From a phage: 50,013 nucleotides of DNA. Positions 46,025-50,013 of the stretch are shown piece after piece (the stretch's first letter is position 1; the number at the start of each line of letters is the position of its first letter). A program made the translations under genes and the position numbers. Below the pieces are notes generated by a model. That model made no database searches, had not been told where the DNA came from, and worked only from the letters and a program-made list of their open reading frames with translations. Where the stretch lies: sequence record OZ346186.1; one strand, 5' to 3'.

Positions 46025-46064
46025 CACGAATTGCTAAAAGCGGGGCGCAATGCCTCGCTATAAT
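46020..46064 (+). promoter_or_regulatory. conserved box (variant ATAGCACGAATTGCTAAAA) + TATAAT
   Basis: box 46020-46039 includes stop TAG of kinase gene; -10 46059-46064. Confidence 0.5.
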
Positions 46065-46094
46065 GCAAACACCAATCAACGAGAGGAAATCATC

Positions 46095-46496
46095 ATGGTA
46101 GAGTTAAACGACATTCGCGTTGGAACAAAATTTCGCGTAACCTGGGCAGATAAATATTGCGGAGTTAGTAAGGGCCAGGTTGTTACTGTGGATAGTATTT
46201 ATCGCGGATGCAGCAAAGACTTTCGCCGCCCACGCATCAAGAATGGCTATATCATTACTCGCCGTTTTGGCTTTGATCATTATTGCGTAGTGGCCACTCA
46301 AGGAGTTTTGATTGAGCTTCAGCGGATCAGCGATCATCGCGGCTGTCATGTCAAAACAACGAAGATACCATCTCAGCGATCGCGATACGATGCGCGCAGG
46401 ATGCGCAGGCTTGCACGAAACGCGATCAAGTTCAAAAAGCCTGGTGGTAACTTTTACCGAATGTACAAAGGGATTGCGCGAAATGCTGGAAAATAA
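46095..46496 (+). CDS. hypothetical basic protein
   Basis: 133 aa from ATG 46095 (SD gagagga); basic C-terminus. Confidence 0.5.
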   Translation: MVELNDIRVGTKFRVTWADKYCGVSKGQVVTVDSIYRGCSKDFRRPRIKNGYIITRRFGFDHYCVVATQGVLIELQRISDHRGCHVKTTKIPSQRSRYDARRMRRLARNAIKFKKPGGNFYRMYKGIARNAGK

Positions 46497-46614
46497 CAAC
46501 AACGCAACCAATCCAAAGCCGCCATTTGATTTTCATGAAATCATGATTGTGTTATTCTTTATTCTCTTAGTTATTTATTCAGTGAGGGCCGCACTATGGT
46601 TTTTAACGCACTAA
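46483..46614 (+). CDS. 43-aa membrane peptide
   Basis: overlaps both neighbours; SD aaggga; hydrophobic C-terminal half. Confidence 0.3.
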   Translation: MLENNNNATNPKPPFDFHEIMIVLFFILLVIYSVRAALWFLTH

Positions 46615-46859
46615 AACGAATCTTTAAACCTGAATACCGGATCGTTGCTTGCACAGAATGCAAGATTTATTATCTGCAACGCCGCCGCGTTATTAGTGGG
46701 GATTGGGAATATCTGACTGATGATGCTTTCGGCTTTTGGGCTATGGAGTTCAATAGCTACAGCGAAGCGCGTGAATACGCTAAAAAGTTGCACAAGTTCC
46801 GACCTTACAAACTGCGTTTGCTGGTTGTCAAAAAATGCGATGTGTGGGATCACGAATGA
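46596..46859 (+). CDS. hypothetical protein
   Basis: 87 aa; SD gaggg. Confidence 0.5.
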   Translation: MVFNALKRIFKPEYRIVACTECKIYYLQRRRVISGDWEYLTDDAFGFWAMEFNSYSEAREYAKKLHKFRPYKLRLLVVKKCDVWDHE

Positions 46860-47035
46860 AAAGAGTAATTATCATTTTTATTGCCGTTATCGCTGGTTGT
46901 TACCTGGCTTATAATTATAGCGGCATTGTTGAGTCAATCGGCGGGTTGATTATCTTCATGGCTGGTGGGTATGCTGGCTATTGTGATGGATTCGAAAACG
47001 GAAAGCGTTACATGCTGACCGGAAAAAAGAAGTAA
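46856..47035 (+). CDS. small lipoprotein/membrane protein
   Basis: 59 aa; N-terminal MKRVIIIFIAVIAGC with lipobox-like IAGC; ATG overlaps upstream stop. Confidence 0.4.
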   Translation: MKRVIIIFIAVIAGCYLAYNYSGIVESIGGLIIFMAGGYAGYCDGFENGKRYMLTGKKK

Positions 47036-47078
47036 TGCTAACCGCGCCGCTTCGGTGGCGCTAAAAGGAGGAAACAAA

Positions 47079-47366
47079 ATGGCTAAAAGCAATCGTAAAA
47101 TGTTGATTAACGCATTCGAAAAGGCGGCGCTTGAGCGTGGTTGGAATGACTCATTTCACACGGCAAACTGTATCCGCCGTTACGGATTCAAGAATTGTCG
47201 CTCATGGGCGCGTCAAATGGCTTCATGGTATGATCTTGATGCGCATTACCTTGATATGGATTGCGCCCTGGTTGAAATGATTGAGCAGGCCGCATTAGAG
47301 GATCGACCATTAACGCAATCTGATTTTGACGATTTTGTGCGCGATGAAATCTATTACATGAGCTAA
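47079..47366 (+). CDS. hypothetical protein
   Basis: 95 aa from ATG 47079 (SD aaaggagg). Confidence 0.5.
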   Translation: MAKSNRKMLINAFEKAALERGWNDSFHTANCIRRYGFKNCRSWARQMASWYDLDAHYLDMDCALVEMIEQAALEDRPLTQSDFDDFVRDEIYYMS

Positions 47367-47409
47367 TAGCACTTTTTGTTAAAACTTCCGCGAGGGCATT
47401 TGTTAAAGT
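47365..47409 (+). promoter_or_regulatory. conserved box + TAAAGT
   Basis: box 47365-47385 overlaps stop TAA; -10-like 47404-47409. Confidence 0.45.
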
Positions 47410-47441
47410 GTCCTCATTGAAGCGAAACAGAGGAAATCAAA

Positions 47442-47654
47442 ATGAAAATTCGAATCACCAGGGTTGACATTGACCGCAACGATGGAAGCATTACCCTTGA
47501 GCAATGCGGGTTCAAAGTTGGTGACATTGTAGAGGTTGACGGATTCTTTCGTGATGGTTCTTACTGCGTGTTAGCAATCCGCAACACAGAAGAAATTCGA
47601 ATCGGTGATAACATCGGCGTAAACCATGACGAATGCGAGGTAGTAGAAGAATGA
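47442..47654 (+). CDS. hypothetical small protein
   Basis: 70 aa; downstream of box promoter. Confidence 0.5.
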   Translation: MKIRITRVDIDRNDGSITLEQCGFKVGDIVEVDGFFRDGSYCVLAIRNTEEIRIGDNIGVNHDECEVVEE

Positions 47655-47914
47655 TCACGATTAACCTTTCAGAAGAGCAAGCACGCATTATGTTAGCGGC
47701 CTTTGGATGGAGAGAAAACATCGGGCTTCAAGCGACGGTAAAAATTTACGAGCCTGTGGCGTGCGAGGTTTTTAAGCAGTTGGAGCACGCTTTCGAGCCG
47801 TCAGGAACAGAACAGGCAGAAACAGCAGCCTGGTTTGGTGAGAACGGATACCGCGATCAGCAGATTGAAGACTGGAAGCGCAAAAACGAGGCTGCGGAGG
47901 AGGCCGGATTATGA
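47651..47914 (+). CDS. hypothetical protein
   Basis: 87 aa; ATG overlaps upstream stop. Confidence 0.5.
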   Translation: MITINLSEEQARIMLAAFGWRENIGLQATVKIYEPVACEVFKQLEHAFEPSGTEQAETAAWFGENGYRDQQIEDWKRKNEAAEEAGL

Positions 47915-48225
47915 TTTACATTCACTACTACCAGATCGGGACAAACGAGAACAAGAAAGAGCATCGTTTCATTCATGATGATTTTGACAAGGCAAAAGCC
48001 CAGCAACAGGTTTTAGGCGGCGTTATTCAGGCTTTTGAGCCAGTGGAAGACATAGAGCACCGAGAGCATTTGAAAGAGATTGTTGTTGATGAAATTTCAT
48101 CACTAATCGACGACATGACAAATCACGGTCCTGGTTCTCCGTGGGAAGAAGCTGGATCGACGGAGTGGGATTGCGCTAAAGTTGCAACGCTTAACAACTT
48201 TCGTGAGTTGCTCGACGATTTTTAA
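47911..48225 (+). CDS. hypothetical acidic protein
   Basis: 104 aa; SD ggaggagg; followed by terminator. Confidence 0.5.
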   Translation: MIYIHYYQIGTNENKKEHRFIHDDFDKAKAQQQVLGGVIQAFEPVEDIEHREHLKEIVVDEISSLIDDMTNHGPGSPWEEAGSTEWDCAKVATLNNFRELLDDF

Positions 48226-48235
48226 TTAAAATTGA

Positions 48236-48282
48236 ATGCCTCATACAGCGAACAGGACGCATTTTGACGAGGCATTTTTTTA
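48236..48282 (+). terminator. terminator-like hairpin + T7
   Basis: atgcctc..gaggcat + TTTTTTT. Confidence 0.5.
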
Positions 48283-48296
48283 GGTAAGGTGATTCA

Positions 48297-48425
48297 ATGG
48301 GTAGCTACATAAAACCGTCGCAATGGTGCGCACAGAAGCAAGAGGAAGCATTAGAGCGCGGCGATACTGAAACAGCAATGCACTATTTCGAGATGTACAA
48401 CTTGTGGAAGGGTAGAGGTCTGTAA
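48297..48425 (+). CDS. hypothetical 42-aa protein
   Basis: hand-translated; SD aaggtga. Confidence 0.35.
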   Translation: MGSYIKPSQWCAQKQEEALERGDTETAMHYFEMYNLWKGRGL

Positions 48426-48655
48426 TGTTTGGAATGAGCGAGGCACAATTCAACGCTGCAAAACGCCAGGCTAAGAAGTGCGGCGAGGCAATGAAGGCGG
48501 ATGTTGAAAAGCGCGGAAAGTATGTTGATGAAGTTATGAAGGGAATTATTGCCGAACATTATCAGCCAGTTGCGCCAATGCTGACAATTACCCAATTCAT
48601 CTGGTTATGTGGTTATCTTCGTGGGCGATGGGGAAACGCGTTTGACCGCGAATGA
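48425..48655 (+). CDS. hypothetical protein
   Basis: 76 aa; ATG overlaps upstream stop. Confidence 0.5.
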   Translation: MFGMSEAQFNAAKRQAKKCGEAMKADVEKRGKYVDEVMKGIIAEHYQPVAPMLTITQFIWLCGYLRGRWGNAFDRE

Positions 48656-48684
48656 TTGACAACGATTTCCTGATTGGTTAACAT
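48656..48684 (+). promoter_or_regulatory. sigma70-like promoter TTGACA-17-TAACAT
   Basis: hexamers at 48656-48661 and 48679-48684; followed by structured leader and terminator-like hairpin. Confidence 0.45.
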
Positions 48685-48747
48685 CTTCGGTGTTTACATA
48701 AGAGCGGCGTTAGTGCCGAACGGGTGGCGCGGTTGCCACGCAACAAC

Positions 48748-48790
48748 GGCGATATGCAGGTTTTTACCGTAAGACGTATCGCCTTTTTTA
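48748..48790 (+). terminator. terminator/attenuator-like hairpin in leader of 48802 gene
   Basis: ggcgata..tatcgcc + TTTTTT, about 60 nt downstream of sigma70-like promoter. Confidence 0.45.
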
Positions 48791-48801
48791 TAGGTGAATA
48801 T

Positions 48802-49035
48802 ATGGAAAAGTACAAATTAACTTTCATGTTTAATGGCATGGTGATGAATCCCCTAAATGGTTACGCTTGCAATAGCTTTTCTGTTACCGTGAATGAGGAT
48901 GAGATTGATGATGATGGCAAATTCATTCGAATTGGTGAATACTTGTACCCAGTTCACAATATCAATTGCATCAAACGCGAGATCGTAAAAGATGAAGTAC
49001 AAGGTAAGATTGACGATCAGGCGAATGGGGCGTAA
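48802..49035 (+). CDS. hypothetical protein
   Basis: 77 aa from ATG 48802 (SD aggtga); longer track ORF from 48724 would read through a terminator-like hairpin. Confidence 0.45.
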   Translation: MEKYKLTFMFNGMVMNPLNGYACNSFSVTVNEDEIDDDGKFIRIGEYLYPVHNINCIKREIVKDEVQGKIDDQANGA

Positions 49036-49173
49036 TTGCTCGTCATGCAGACAAAGTTTTGAATGTGAGGTTGAAGCTCGCGGAGAGCTTGAGGCAGCAG
49101 CAAGAGCAAAAGAGTTGTCCGGCGCTAATCAACACACTCACCAGTTTTCAATAGATCTTGTAAGGAAAATGTC

Positions 49174-49413
49174 ATGAGTTCTGTAATTATTTGTTTGGTT
49201 GCTTTAATCATTGGTGTTCTAATCGGCTTTGTTGCTGTATCTTTCGTGGTGGCTGTTGGTGTTCGCTATAAGTCAAAAAAAGGTGAATTTGCTTTAGCGT
49301 TTTGGGATGAAGATCAGAAAGTTTGGCAGGTTCGCGGTCACTATTTATCAATCGGTGGCAAGATTCACAGCACTATGAAAACAAATCCAGAAAAGGTAAA
49401 ATACAAGTATTGA
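49174..49413 (+). CDS. small membrane protein (N-terminal TMD)
   Basis: 79 aa; hydrophobic N-terminus; SD aagga. Confidence 0.5.
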   Translation: MSSVIICLVALIIGVLIGFVAVSFVVAVGVRYKSKKGEFALAFWDEDQKVWQVRGHYLSIGGKIHSTMKTNPEKVKYKY

Positions 49414-49420
49414 CAAACTA

Positions 49421-49443
49421 CCCGCCAAATGGCGGGTTTTTTA
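49421..49443 (+). terminator. rho-independent terminator before terS
   Basis: cccgcc aaat ggcggg + TTTTTT. Confidence 0.65.
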
Positions 49444-49459
49444 TTGTCTGCAATTTGTC

Positions 49460-49465
49460 TATAAT
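49460..49465 (+). promoter_or_regulatory. TATAAT -10 element upstream of terS without obvious -35 (possible activator-dependent late promoter)
   Basis: TATAAT 27 nt upstream of terS ATG, just after terminator. Confidence 0.3.
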
Positions 49466-49492
49466 GAGGCTTTGTTATAAGGAGGGCGCATT

Positions 49493-50013
49493 ATGGCTAA
49501 AAACGTTGAGCCAGCAGTAAAGGCTTGCAATTTTAAAAAACTATATAATAAACAATATGGCGATATTGCAAAAATGACAAAGGCGCACAAGTACACGCCG
49601 GAACAGGTATTTGATCTGGCTGTACGTTACTTTACGTGGGCTGAGGAAAACCATATACAGGCTGCGGAAACGGCATCCTTTCAAGGTGATGTATACGAAA
49701 GCAAGATTCACAAGCCGCGCGTGTTCACCTTAAATGGATTCCGCTTATTCGCTGGCCTTTCTGCTTCCGTGCTTGAAAAATGGCGACGCGAGCCAGGATT
49801 CAGCGATGTTATGGACTTTATCGACGGCGTTGTTTACGAGCAAAAATTCCAGCTTGCTGCAAACAATATTGTTAACGCCGGATTTATTGGTAAAGAGATC
49901 GGCATTGAAAAGCCAGCCACCGTTACCATTGAGAATAACACAAGCGCCAGCGTTGACGCTGTAACGGCGGAGGAGGTCAAAGAGGCGGTAATTGACATTT
50001 TGGAGAAGATATA
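49493..50013 (+). CDS. terS: terminase small subunit (3'-truncated by window end)
   Basis: ORF from ATG 49493 (SD aaggaggg) open to window end; last 2 nt TA plus window base 1 (A) would form TAA overlapping the terL ATG. Confidence 0.6.
   Translation, partial: MAKNVEPAVKACNFKKLYNKQYGDIAKMTKAHKYTPEQVFDLAVRYFTWAEENHIQAAETASFQGDVYESKIHKPRVFTLNGFRLFAGLSASVLEKWRREPGFSDVMDFIDGVVYEQKFQLAANNIVNAGFIGKEIGIEKPATVTIENNTSASVDAVTAEEVKEAVIDILEKI

Noticed and set aside
48992-49177. 61-aa plus-strand ORF overlapping end of 48802..49035
   Set aside because: Start lies inside the previous gene without a convincing SD; could be real but support is weak, so not listed as a feature.

Overview
This window reads as an essentially complete, circularly permuted genome of a T1-like siphovirus (Drexlerviridae-type layout); no tools were run, so every call rests on reading the sequence and the supplied ORF track. 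Bases 1-19935 are a plus-strand late operon: large terminase, portal, head genes, major capsid, connectors, major tail protein, a tail chaperone with a canonical -1 frameshift site, tape measure, and lambda-like M/L/K/I/J tail-tip genes. A Cor-like lipoprotein gene follows on the minus strand. Bases 20.2-40.8 kb are an early/middle region with alternating strand blocks: exonuclease/Erf/SSB, a tail fibre with a C-terminal chaperone domain, primase, helicase, VRR-NUC, Dam methylase, an HTH-phosphoesterase fusion, a holin/endolysin/u-spanin lysis cassette, a P-loop replication protein and a C5-methyltransferase-like gene. Bases 40.9-50 kb carry many small plus-strand genes, a Pnk-type phosphatase, a dNMP kinase and the 3'-truncated small terminase, whose stop is completed by base 1 of the window. 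The most striking non-genic signal is a conserved ~21-bp box (AATAGCACTTTTTGTTAAAAC) present in about 19 copies, usually fused to the upstream stop codon and followed 17-19 bp later by a -10-like hexamer, often a hairpin and a conserved leader. Two homologous AT/GT-rich intergenic regions, each with an IHF-like site, bracket the early region about 20 kb apart. No tRNA, CRISPR array, integrase or transposase was recognised.
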